Shown piece by piece: positions 1 to 8,580 of a stretch of 64,000 bases of DNA. Both the position numbers and the translations under genes were made by a program. Under the pieces are notes generated by a model. It was not told the DNA's origin, searched no databases, and saw only the letters and a program-made list of their open reading frames with translations. Position 1 is the first letter of the stretch. Each line of letters begins with the position of its first letter. The stretch lies in the IMG/VR virus record IMGVR_UViG_3300034374_009547. One strand, 5' to 3'. Source of the DNA: a virus (lineage: Duplodnaviria; Caudoviricetes).

Positions 1-2
1 GA

Positions 3-1637
3 GCACCAGACGATGATGTAGAAGCAATTAGTAGTCTTATGGGTCAAATCAATAGTGCAGGTGATTGGGATAGAGTTGTTGCTAAGTTTAATGACGAGTA
101 CCAACAAAATTTAAATTTTAGACTTGCTGATGAATTAAACGATGAAGACTATGATAGATTTGTACGTAGAAACCTATTTAGAATTCGCAGAATTATGCCA
201 ACTATTTTACATTCAGCAATAAATTGGGGTAATGACCAAGAAAGTTTAGATGTATCCGTAGATAGTGAAACATATCAAGTTAAGAAAAAATTAGAATCTG
301 GTAAGGTAGTAGTTGTCGGTGGACGTAATAGAAACGTAAAAGATGCAATATTAGAAGATACTATTTTAAAAACAGCAATTACACAAACAGGCGGCAACAT
401 TCCAGACATGAATGTAGAAGTCACAAGTGAAAATTTACGTGATGCTGGATTTGTTGTTATAGCCGGTATAGAACAAGCAGCACCAGAAATGGTCGCATGG
501 TACACAGCACAAAATCCTTTTGACGAATCAAGAGCAGCACAATTAGGACCAAGACGACTTGCAGGCATTAGAGAAGAAATGGCTAGATTGCTTGCTAACG
601 GTATGTCAAATACATCAGCTATGTCATGGGTAGCAAACGAAGTTAACAGAGATAGAGAATGGTTAATTGGTGATGGCACTGATGAAAATCCAGGTGCAGC
701 AAATGTTCATTTTGATAGACGCTATTTAGAAGAAGGAGATCCAACTAGAAATGGTGAGTTTGGATCTAATGACGCAGATGAACATGAAATTACAGATGAA
801 GAACAAGAGCTAATTGATCGTTTAACTGGCACTGAAGAAGAACAGCAAGGTGTTATTGCAGAAATTGCAAATGAACCTAATCATATAGAAGTATGGTCAA
901 GTACATATAGAGGCTTTGAAAAAAGTGAACGTGAAACTTGGGATACTACAATCGGCGATGTTGATGAGTTTATAAAAATTGCAAAAGAAGGTGCAGATAG
1001 AAACGGATCCTTGCTTGAACAAGCAATTGGTAATTTTGGTTTGGTGTATGGTGCGCCAAATCTTATGGCACAAGCATTTGAAAAAAGTATGGAAAATAGC
1101 ATTCTTGCACTTATTCCTGGCGGTAGAGGACCAGGAGGTGATAACGAAACATTAGATATACTTGTGGCTGCTATTGATAACAAAACAGAATATGATTTAG
1201 TAAACGAATACTTCCGTCAAATTAGTGGTGTAACAGATGATTTGATTGATGAACTAGCAGGCGAAGAATTATTTAATTCAATGTATAATAACTTGGCAGA
1301 AAAAATTGGTGGAGAAAGTGCGGTTGACTTACGAACATCTGGTTTAACATCTAGTGTTGTACGAAGATTAGAACGTGCAGCAGAAGATCCATCACCAGAA
1401 AACTTAAATGCAATTTTGAGAGCTTTAAGCAGTAAAGAAATTTTAGATAAGGAAAGTATTACAGCAATTGTTGATGCATTAGATAACATTGTACAAGAAT
1501 TTGGTGCAACTTTTGATGATGAACAACGTGAAGAAATTGCATCAATTCAAGAACGCTTAGAAGAAATCAAAGATATAATTGATGACGAAGGCTGGTGGGA
1601 TTATATTTGGCGTAAAGCAGGAGGTTGGTTTGATTAA
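3..1637 (+). CDS. Large acidic hypothetical protein, 5'-truncated by the window edge
   Basis: The ORF 39..1637 frame stays open upstream to position 3 (gca cca gac gat gat gta...). D/E-rich, no motif recognised. Confidence 0.75.
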   Translation, partial: APDDDVEAISSLMGQINSAGDWDRVVAKFNDEYQQNLNFRLADELNDEDYDRFVRRNLFRIRRIMPTILHSAINWGNDQESLDVSVDSETYQVKKKLESGKVVVVGGRNRNVKDAILEDTILKTAITQTGGNIPDMNVEVTSENLRDAGFVVIAGIEQAAPEMVAWYTAQNPFDESRAAQLGPRRLAGIREEMARLLANGMSNTSAMSWVANEVNRDREWLIGDGTDENPGAANVHFDRRYLEEGDPTRNGEFGSNDADEHEITDEEQELIDRLTGTEEEQQGVIAEIANEPNHIEVWSSTYRGFEKSERETWDTTIGDVDEFIKIAKEGADRNGSLLEQAIGNFGLVYGAPNLMAQAFEKSMENSILALIPGGRGPGGDNETLDILVAAIDNKTEYDLVNEYFRQISGVTDDLIDELAGEELFNSMYNNLAEKIGGESAVDLRTSGLTSSVVRRLERAAEDPSPENLNAILRALSSKEILDKESITAIVDALDNIVQEFGATFDDEQREEIASIQERLEEIKDIIDDEGWWDYIWRKAGGWFD

Positions 1638-2281
1638 TGGCTTTTTTAGTCCATCCATTACCACCTATTTCAGTTTATGTACGAAAAGAATACTTGTATG
1701 ATTTAGAGAAGGGGCACGGTGAATATACTCCAGGAATCTGGATTAGTGTTAAAAGCACACAATACAAAGCATTGTATTTTGAAACACTATTAACAGACTA
1801 CGGAGCATTATATGACAAACTTCCTATATCGGCATTTGTTTGGAAAATACCGCACGGCGAGATTCTTCCGCTTGATGTGCTACAGCTTTGGGATTGTTTT
1901 GATTACGACATTACCGTTGTCCAAAAACCCATCTTGTCTAGATGTGAATTTTTTGGAAAGGACAAACGTATGCATGCCGGTGAGTATGAGTTCACCATCG
2001 ATAATTGTCACCGCGATCATTCCGTCCTTGACACCAACTTCTCAGAACACGATCCTGAGCACAAATCATTTAATGTTATTAGACTTGACAACGGTCAATT
2101 CGCTGCTCAGCCTAATAACAGGGTTATCTGGAGAGATAGCTCCTTAACACCTGAGAAACTATTAACACCAGATTTTAAAGTGTGTACACAAAACTATGCT
2201 GTAGAAACAGAACCAAAATGGAGTGTTGGTCATACTGACGAATGGCAGTATAAAACACTTGACGAAGAATCGAAAACATAG
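1637..2281 (+). CDS. Conserved phage hypothetical protein (214 aa)
   Basis: TAATG stop/start overlap. The N-terminus MAFLVHPLPP..KEYLYDLEKGHGE resembles proteins I recall from T4-like aquatic phages. Confidence 0.75.
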   Translation: MAFLVHPLPPISVYVRKEYLYDLEKGHGEYTPGIWISVKSTQYKALYFETLLTDYGALYDKLPISAFVWKIPHGEILPLDVLQLWDCFDYDITVVQKPILSRCEFFGKDKRMHAGEYEFTIDNCHRDHSVLDTNFSEHDPEHKSFNVIRLDNGQFAAQPNNRVIWRDSSLTPEKLLTPDFKVCTQNYAVETEPKWSVGHTDEWQYKTLDEESKT

Positions 2282-2287
2282 TATATT
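2259..2287 (+). promoter_or_regulatory. sigma70-type promoter
   Basis: TTGACG-17 nt-TATATT, upstream of AAGGAG RBS and ATG 2312. Confidence 0.65.
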
Positions 2288-2311
2288 AAAACAATAACCA
2301 AGGAGTATTAT

Positions 2312-2578
2312 ATGAGCGATCGTGTCTATGGCCCTGAAGAAAAGGCCAAACTAGAACGTTTAGTCAAAGAAGGCGTAACCGTTTTACAAGAAATTGAAGA
2401 TTTGCAAGGCGGATTAAAAGAAACAATTAAAGCAGTAGCAGAAGAATTAAATGTAAAACCAAGTTTAATTAACAAAGCAATAAAAGTTGCACAGAAACGT
2501 GATTGGTCACGTGTACAAGACGAGTTTGAAGACTTAGAAACTATCGTAGCTACAACTGGTTACGATAAAGATGCATAA
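2312..2578 (+). CDS. Small dsDNA-binding protein, T4 DsbA/GapR(DUF2312)-like
   Basis: 88-aa helical pattern (KLERLVKEG..EIEDL..LKETIKAVAEELNVKPSLINKAIK), AAGGAG RBS, directly before the polymerase. Confidence 0.55.
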   Translation: MSDRVYGPEEKAKLERLVKEGVTVLQEIEDLQGGLKETIKAVAEELNVKPSLINKAIKVAQKRDWSRVQDEFEDLETIVATTGYDKDA

Positions 2579-2587
2579 GGACTATAT

Positions 2588-5251
2588 ATGCCATACGTAG
2601 ACGCATTTTTTGACAGAGACGCAGACATTATTCGTGCAGTAGAACGCAAAGATGGTAAACGTCACTATCAAGAATATCAAGCAAAGTACACATTTTACTA
2701 TGAAGATCCAAGAGGCAAATACAAAAGTATTTTTGGTGATCAATTGCAACGAGTAGTATGCAAAAACACAAAAGATTTTAGAAAAGAACTTGCTATAAAC
2801 AAAGGCAAGAAAATGTTTGAGTCGGATGTAAACCCAATCTTTCAGTGTTTGAGTGAAAACTATCTTAACCAAGATGCACCTAAACTGAATGTTGCGTTTT
2901 TCGATATTGAGACAGACTTTGATCCAGAACGTGGCTTTGCGGATCCTAGTGATCCATTTATGCCAATTACTGCAATCACGGTACACTTACAATGGCTTGA
3001 TGCACTTGTAACTTTTGCACTTCCACCAAAGACACTTACTATAGAACAAGCACAGGCAGAAGTTGCAGATTTTGATAATACTTATTTGTATGCTAACGAA
3101 GGAGACATGCTAGAAGCATTTCTCGATGTTATTGAAGATGCAGATATTTTGTCTGGTTGGAACTCAGAAGGTTATGATATTCCTTATACGGTAAATCGTG
3201 TTAGTCGTATACTAAGTAAAGATGATACAAGACGCTTTTGTTTGTGGCAGCAATTGCCTAAACGTAGAGAATTTGAAAAGTTTGGTAAGACTGCTGAAAC
3301 ATTTGATACCATCGGAAGAGTCCACATGGATTATCTCGAATTGTATCGCAAGTATACATATGAAGAACGTCATACATATAGACTAGATGCTATCGGTGAG
3401 ATGGAAGTTGGTGAAAATAAAACGGTATATGAAGGCACACTTGATCAACTTTATAACAACGACTTCCGCAAGTTTATTGAATACAACAGGCAAGACGTTG
3501 CACTACTAGATAAAATTGACAAAAAACTACGTTTTATTGATCTTGCTAACGAAATTGCACACGATAATACGGTGCTTCTACAAACTACTATGGGTGCTGT
3601 GGCTGTAACAGAACAGGCTATTATTAACGAAGCACATAATAGAGGTATGCAAGTCCCTAATAGACGTGAACACGAAGGCAACACAGCAGCAGCAGGTGCA
3701 TATGTTGCATTTCCAAAAAAAGGTGTGCATGAGTGGATTGGTTCAATGGATTTGAATTCACTTTATCCAAGTATTATTCGTGCTATGAATATGGCTCCAG
3801 AAACTATTATTGGTCAAATACGTTTAGATTTAACAGATGAATTTTTACACAATGCAACAACACTAGAAAAGAAAAGTTTTGCAGGTGCTTGGGAAGGCAA
3901 GTTTGCTGTATTAGAATATGATGCAGTAATGGAACAGCGTAAAGATGTTGCACTTACACTAGATTTAGAAGACGGTACTAGTCATGTACTAAGTGGTGCA
4001 GAAATATATAAATTAATTTTTGATAGTCAACAGCCGTGGATGTTGAGTGCAAATGGTACTATATTTACTTGGGAAATCGAAGGTGTTGTTCCAGGTTTAT
4101 TAAAACGTTGGTATGCTGAACGTAAAGAACTACAAGCAAAAATGCGCAAAGCAATTGCAGCAGGAAATGATACAGAAATTGCGTTTTGGGATAAAAGACA
4201 GCTGGTTAAAAAGATTAACTTGAATAGTTTGTATGGTGCTATTCTTAATCCAGGTTGTAGATTTTTTGATAAACGTATCGGACAATCAACTACACTTACC
4301 GGCAGACAAATTGCAAAACACATGGCTAGTGAAGTCAATAAAATTATCACAGGCGAATATGATCATGTAGGCAAAGCAATTATATATGGTGATACAGACT
4401 CAGTTTACTTCAGTGCATATCCTGTACTCAAAGATGAAATTGCAGCAGGAGATATTCCTTGGGGCAAAGATAATGTTATTACATTGTATGATCAACTATG
4501 TGAACAAGCAAACACAACATTTCCAGACTTTATGCGTACAGCATTTCATTGTCCACGTCCACGCAGTGAAGTTATTGCAGCAGGTCGTGAAGTTGTTGCA
4601 GACACAGGGTTGTTTATTACTAAAAAACGCTATGCAGTGCGTGTGTATGACTTGGAAGGTAACCGCACTGATAAAGACGGCAAACTAGGTAAAGTTAAAG
4701 CAATGGGTTTAGACTTGAAACGTAGTGATACGCCAGTGTTTATGCAAGACTATTTAAAAACATTGCTAGACATGGTGTTGGATCTAAAGGATGAAAAAGA
4801 TCTACTAGATAGTATTACTGAATTTAGACGTGAATTTAAAGAACGCCCAGGATTTGAAAAAGGTTCGCCTAAACGTGCTAACAAGATTGGACACTATCAA
4901 CGACTTGAAGAAAAGCAAGGCAAAGCAAACATGCCTGGACACGTTAGAGCAAGTATCAACTGGAACACACTCAAGCGTATGAATGGTGACAAGTATTCGC
5001 AAGAGATTGTAGATGGTATGAAAGTTATTGTTTGCAAATTAAAGCAAAATCCGTTACAATATACTAGTGTTGCATATCCAACAGATGAATTGCGTTTGCC
5101 TGATTGGTTTAAAGAACTGCCGTTCGATGGGGATGCTATGGAAGAAGTTATTATTGACAACAAACTTGATAACTTGATTGGTGTACTCAACTACGATTTA
5201 GAAAGTACAAAACAAAATAATACATTTAATAGTTTATTTGAGTGGGGTTGA
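2588..5251 (+). CDS. polB: Family B DNA polymerase (T4 gp43-like) with 3'-5' exonuclease
   Basis: ExoI FFDIETD, ExoII GWNSEGYDIPY, ExoIII YNRQDV. Polymerase motifs DLNSLYPS, KINLNSLYG, YGDTDS, KKRYA. Confidence 0.97.
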   Translation: MPYVDAFFDRDADIIRAVERKDGKRHYQEYQAKYTFYYEDPRGKYKSIFGDQLQRVVCKNTKDFRKELAINKGKKMFESDVNPIFQCLSENYLNQDAPKLNVAFFDIETDFDPERGFADPSDPFMPITAITVHLQWLDALVTFALPPKTLTIEQAQAEVADFDNTYLYANEGDMLEAFLDVIEDADILSGWNSEGYDIPYTVNRVSRILSKDDTRRFCLWQQLPKRREFEKFGKTAETFDTIGRVHMDYLELYRKYTYEERHTYRLDAIGEMEVGENKTVYEGTLDQLYNNDFRKFIEYNRQDVALLDKIDKKLRFIDLANEIAHDNTVLLQTTMGAVAVTEQAIINEAHNRGMQVPNRREHEGNTAAAGAYVAFPKKGVHEWIGSMDLNSLYPSIIRAMNMAPETIIGQIRLDLTDEFLHNATTLEKKSFAGAWEGKFAVLEYDAVMEQRKDVALTLDLEDGTSHVLSGAEIYKLIFDSQQPWMLSANGTIFTWEIEGVVPGLLKRWYAERKELQAKMRKAIAAGNDTEIAFWDKRQLVKKINLNSLYGAILNPGCRFFDKRIGQSTTLTGRQIAKHMASEVNKIITGEYDHVGKAIIYGDTDSVYFSAYPVLKDEIAAGDIPWGKDNVITLYDQLCEQANTTFPDFMRTAFHCPRPRSEVIAAGREVVADTGLFITKKRYAVRVYDLEGNRTDKDGKLGKVKAMGLDLKRSDTPVFMQDYLKTLLDMVLDLKDEKDLLDSITEFRREFKERPGFEKGSPKRANKIGHYQRLEEKQGKANMPGHVRASINWNTLKRMNGDKYSQEIVDGMKVIVCKLKQNPLQYTSVAYPTDELRLPDWFKELPFDGDAMEEVIIDNKLDNLIGVLNYDLESTKQNNTFNSLFEWG

Positions 5252-5781
5252 TGTTTGAATTATTTAAAACAGAACACAAAGGTTTAGGAAGTGTTGTTGA
5301 AGTAAGTATTGATTATTCTGCACAACAAATTAAAAGGCAGTACAAAGAAAACGGAATAACTTGTAACGGAAATGAAACACAGGTAAAAAAACAAGATATA
5401 GATAATTTTTTTCAAAATGAAGTATATTGGCTTAATAAACTTCAAGGGGAATGGATACCAAAAACTCTAAATATAGATATGCATACACAAACAATAATAC
5501 AAGAATATACAGGACCAAACTTATTATACCAAAAAAACAACTTGCCTGAAAATATTGTTGAGCAAGTTATAGAAATGTATAAATTTTTTAAAGATAAAAA
5601 TGTTTTTAAAAGAAATGGAAGCATGAGTAATTTAACTTTAAAAGGAAATAAACTAATTGCTTTTGATTTTAAATGGGCAAAAAAAAGACCTGAAGGATTA
5701 GATATGGAAATTAAAAGTTATAATGATTGGCTTAGTAAAATAGACAAAAATTTAACAAACACTCTTAAGGAAATGTTATGA
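5251..5781 (+). CDS. Protein-kinase-like fold protein (possible pseudokinase)
   Basis: NEVYWL..L, IIQEY, KRNGSMSNL and IAFDFKWA fall in kinase subdomain order. ATG 5251 overlaps the polymerase TGA. Confidence 0.5.
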   Translation: MFELFKTEHKGLGSVVEVSIDYSAQQIKRQYKENGITCNGNETQVKKQDIDNFFQNEVYWLNKLQGEWIPKTLNIDMHTQTIIQEYTGPNLLYQKNNLPENIVEQVIEMYKFFKDKNVFKRNGSMSNLTLKGNKLIAFDFKWAKKRPEGLDMEIKSYNDWLSKIDKNLTNTLKEML

Positions 5782-6215
5782 AAGTAGGATTTACATGTAG
5801 TACATTTGATTTACTACACGCAGGACATATACAAATGTTACGTGAAGCAAAAGAACAATGTGATTATTTGTTAGTAGGATTACAAATTGACCCAAGTGTA
5901 GATAGAGCTGAAAAAAATGCACCAATACAAAGTATTGTAGAACGTTATACTCAACTAAAAGCAGTATCGTATGTAGACGAAATAGTTCCATATGCTACCG
6001 AAACTGACCTAAATGATATCTTGACAATGTATCATATAGATGTTAGAATATTAGGAGAAGAGTATCGTGAAAAGGATTTTACGGGCAAGGATATTTGCAA
6101 GAAGCGGGGTATCCAGCTATATTTCAACAAAAGAGATCACCGCTTCTCATCAAGCGATTTAAGAAAACGAGTATGCGAAAGGGAAAACAATGTGGACACT
6201 TTGGATCATAAGTAG
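5778..6215 (+). CDS. Cytidylyltransferase (glycerol-3-phosphate cytidylyltransferase/TagD-like)
   Basis: TFDLLHAGH (HxGH motif), ER..QL.AV.YVDEI, and C-terminal SSSDLR. Confidence 0.88.
   Translation: MKVGFTCSTFDLLHAGHIQMLREAKEQCDYLLVGLQIDPSVDRAEKNAPIQSIVERYTQLKAVSYVDEIVPYATETDLNDILTMYHIDVRILGEEYREKDFTGKDICKKRGIQLYFNKRDHRFSSSDLRKRVCERENNVDTLDHK
6021..6049 (+). promoter_or_regulatory. sigma70-type promoter internal to the cytidylyltransferase gene
   Basis: TTGACA-17 nt-TAGAAT with an extended -10 TG. Confidence 0.55.
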
Positions 6216-6354
6216 CGTGATTGACAGCGCAGAACCTAAACTCACTCAATATGAAACTTTTGAAACTGCTATGAGTTGTCATATTGAACAGGCTGTACTC
6301 GAAGCAGACTTTACACAAGAAGAAATAGCGTTCTGCGAGGACCCGAATGAATAA
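6190..6354 (+). CDS. Small hypothetical protein (54 aa), not in the ORF track
   Basis: MWTLWIISSVIDSAEPKLTQYETFETAMSCHIEQAVLEADFTQEEIAFCEDPNE*. It fills the gap and overlaps both neighbours. Confidence 0.6.
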   Translation: MWTLWIISSVIDSAEPKLTQYETFETAMSCHIEQAVLEADFTQEEIAFCEDPNE

Positions 6355-7060
6355 ATTTATTTTTGATGTGGACGGAACACTAACTCCGAGTAGACAAACT
6401 ATTGATCCAGAGTTTAAAGAGTTTTTCAAACACTTTATCCAAGATAACAAGGTTTGGCTTGTAACTGGTAGTGATTATGCTAAAACCGTAGAACAACTTG
6501 GAGAGGATATTTGTGAAAGTGTTGTAACCGTGTATAATTGTTCAGGAAACGATACATGGTTCAAAGGCAAACGTGTAAACAGCAAACCATTTGAAGCACC
6601 TAAAGAACTATATGATCTAATGAATGGCTGGTTGCAAGGTAGTCCATTTTCACTACGTACGGGTAATCATATTGAAGAACGCACAGGAACAATCAACTTT
6701 TCAATTGTAGGACGTAATTGTACGTTAGGAGAACGTAAATTATATATTAAGCATGATCTTGAAAATAGAGAACGTGAAAGTATTGCTTTTCAAATTAATA
6801 GTGAGTTTCCTAATATTACAGCAGCAGTTGGTGGCGAAACAGGTATTGACATATATCGCAAAGGTGGCGACAAAAGTCAAATACTAGAAGACTTTAATAA
6901 AAATGATAAGATTTATTTCTTTGGCGATCGTATGGAGCCAGGTGGCAATGATTGGCCATTAGCAGCAAAACTAAACAAACAAAGATGTTACAATGTAAAA
7001 GATTGGCGTGATACTATGGAACGGTTACAATACTTTCAAGAGGCGAAAATAGCAGCATGA
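6347..7060 (+). CDS. HAD-IIB phosphomannomutase (eukaryote-type PMM family)
   Basis: FDVDGTL (DxDGT), VTGSD, IEERTGTINFSIVGR, GGETGIDI, FFGDRMEPGGND. Confidence 0.85.
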   Translation: MNKFIFDVDGTLTPSRQTIDPEFKEFFKHFIQDNKVWLVTGSDYAKTVEQLGEDICESVVTVYNCSGNDTWFKGKRVNSKPFEAPKELYDLMNGWLQGSPFSLRTGNHIEERTGTINFSIVGRNCTLGERKLYIKHDLENRERESIAFQINSEFPNITAAVGGETGIDIYRKGGDKSQILEDFNKNDKIYFFGDRMEPGGNDWPLAAKLNKQRCYNVKDWRDTMERLQYFQEAKIAA

Positions 7061-7803
7061 TTATAGCAGGTCACGGATTTGTAGGTAAAGCATATGAATG
7101 GTTGTTTGCTAACTATAGAAGAAAAATAGAAATACATGATCCTGCAAAAGGGTTTACAGCTGACTTTGATAATACAAGTGCAGTAATTATTTGTGTACCA
7201 ACACCGCAAGCAGATGACGGCTCTTGTGATATGAGTGCAGTTTATGATGTAGTAGGCAAGTGTAGACCAGATACACCAATAATGATCAAAAGTACAATTA
7301 GTTTGCAAGGATGGTATGAACTTAAAGACCGCTTTCCAAATCATAAATTTTGTTTTAGCCCAGAGTTTTTAAGAGCAGCAAATCACATGATTGATATTAA
7401 AAATATGGATACCTTTATTATTAGTGGTGATACAGAATACTGGCGTGATCAAATTAGTTACAACTGGCCACATATGCGTATACGCACCGTAAAACCTGAA
7501 GAAGCTATAGCAATAAAATATTTTAGAAATGCTTTTTTAGCAACTAAAGTTAGTTTTTTCAATGAAATATATGACTTTTGTTCAGCATACGATATCAGCT
7601 TTGATCAAGTTCAAGGCGGTATTATAGCAGATAAAAGAATAGGAGAAAGTCATAGTTACGTATGGCCAGATGAAGGGGTAAGAGGTTGGGGAGGATATTG
7701 TTTTCCAAAAGACACCAGTGCTCTATTAAAAATGGCAGCAGAAAAAAATATTAATCTAAATACACTAGAAGCAGCAGTTGAATACAATAAAAAAATACGT
7801 TGA
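7057..7803 (+). CDS. UDP-glucose/GDP-mannose dehydrogenase family protein (short, apparently no C-terminal domain)
   Basis: GHGFVG, ICVPTP, IKST, SPEFLR, KYFRNAFLATKVSFFNE, catalytic GGYCFPKD. Confidence 0.88.
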   Translation: MIIAGHGFVGKAYEWLFANYRRKIEIHDPAKGFTADFDNTSAVIICVPTPQADDGSCDMSAVYDVVGKCRPDTPIMIKSTISLQGWYELKDRFPNHKFCFSPEFLRAANHMIDIKNMDTFIISGDTEYWRDQISYNWPHMRIRTVKPEEAIAIKYFRNAFLATKVSFFNEIYDFCSAYDISFDQVQGGIIADKRIGESHSYVWPDEGVRGWGGYCFPKDTSALLKMAAEKNINLNTLEAAVEYNKKIR

Positions 7804-7828
7804 CAATCAACAACTTAGGCAGTATAAT
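7800..7828 (+). promoter_or_regulatory. Consensus sigma70 promoter for the clamp-dpdA unit
   Basis: Perfect TTGACA-17 nt-TATAAT, followed by AGGAG RBS and ATG 7849. Confidence 0.85.
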
Positions 7829-7848
7829 AAGAAACATAGGAGAAACAT

Positions 7849-8580
7849 ATGAAAGACATTCTACAAGACATTGTAAGCCATACACATTCGTTAGGCATTA
7901 TTTCAACACTTAAAATTACAACAGAAAATGATATCACAACTATTGAAAGTATGGCAGACGATAGAAGTGTTATTATGACAGCAACAACACATTCACCAGT
8001 AGGCGAATTTGTAGGTACATTTGGTATGCCTGATTTAGGTAAACTAGCTTATCATTTAAAAAATCCAATGTACAGAGAAAATGCTAAAATTGAAGTAATA
8101 AGTGCAGAACGCAACGGTGAAGTTGTTCCAACACATATTCACTTTGAAAACGATACAGGTGACTTTAAAAACGATTATCGTTTTATGATTAAAGAAATTA
8201 TCGAAGAAAAAATTAAAAAGTTTAGTTTTAAAGTTAATACATATGATGTAGAAATCCAGCCAAGAATTGGTAAAATTGAACAAATGAAATACATGCAAGG
8301 CGGACACACAGAAGAAACGGTGTTCCAAGTTAAAACTGAAAATGATAACTTGGTATTTTATTTTGGTGATGATGTAACACACGCAGGTAACTTTGTATTT
8401 GAGCAAGGTATTACTGGAAAACTAACACATACATGGGCATGGCCTGTTTCACAAACTATTGCTATTTTGAACTTGGATGGTGATAAAACTATGAGCATCA
8501 CAGACCAAGGTGCTATGAAGATTAGTGTAGACAGCGGCATGGCAAAATACGATTACATTCTACCGGCTCAACAAAAATAA
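7849..8580 (+). CDS. Putative DNA sliding clamp (gp45/PCNA-like)
   Basis: 243 aa with an alternating beta/alpha pattern of clamp size, in replication-gene context. No catalytic motif seen. Confidence 0.6.
   Translation: MKDILQDIVSHTHSLGIISTLKITTENDITTIESMADDRSVIMTATTHSPVGEFVGTFGMPDLGKLAYHLKNPMYRENAKIEVISAERNGEVVPTHIHFENDTGDFKNDYRFMIKEIIEEKIKKFSFKVNTYDVEIQPRIGKIEQMKYMQGGHTEETVFQVKTENDNLVFYFGDDVTHAGNFVFEQGITGKLTHTWAWPVSQTIAILNLDGDKTMSITDQGAMKISVDSGMAKYDYILPAQQK

Noticed and set aside
2588-7060. Eukaryotic giant-virus origin suggested by PolB and a eukaryote-type PMM
   Set aside because: Consensus sigma70 promoters, Shine-Dalgarno sites, overlapping operons, a UUCG rho-independent terminator and a phage tail-fibre protein point to a bacteriophage.
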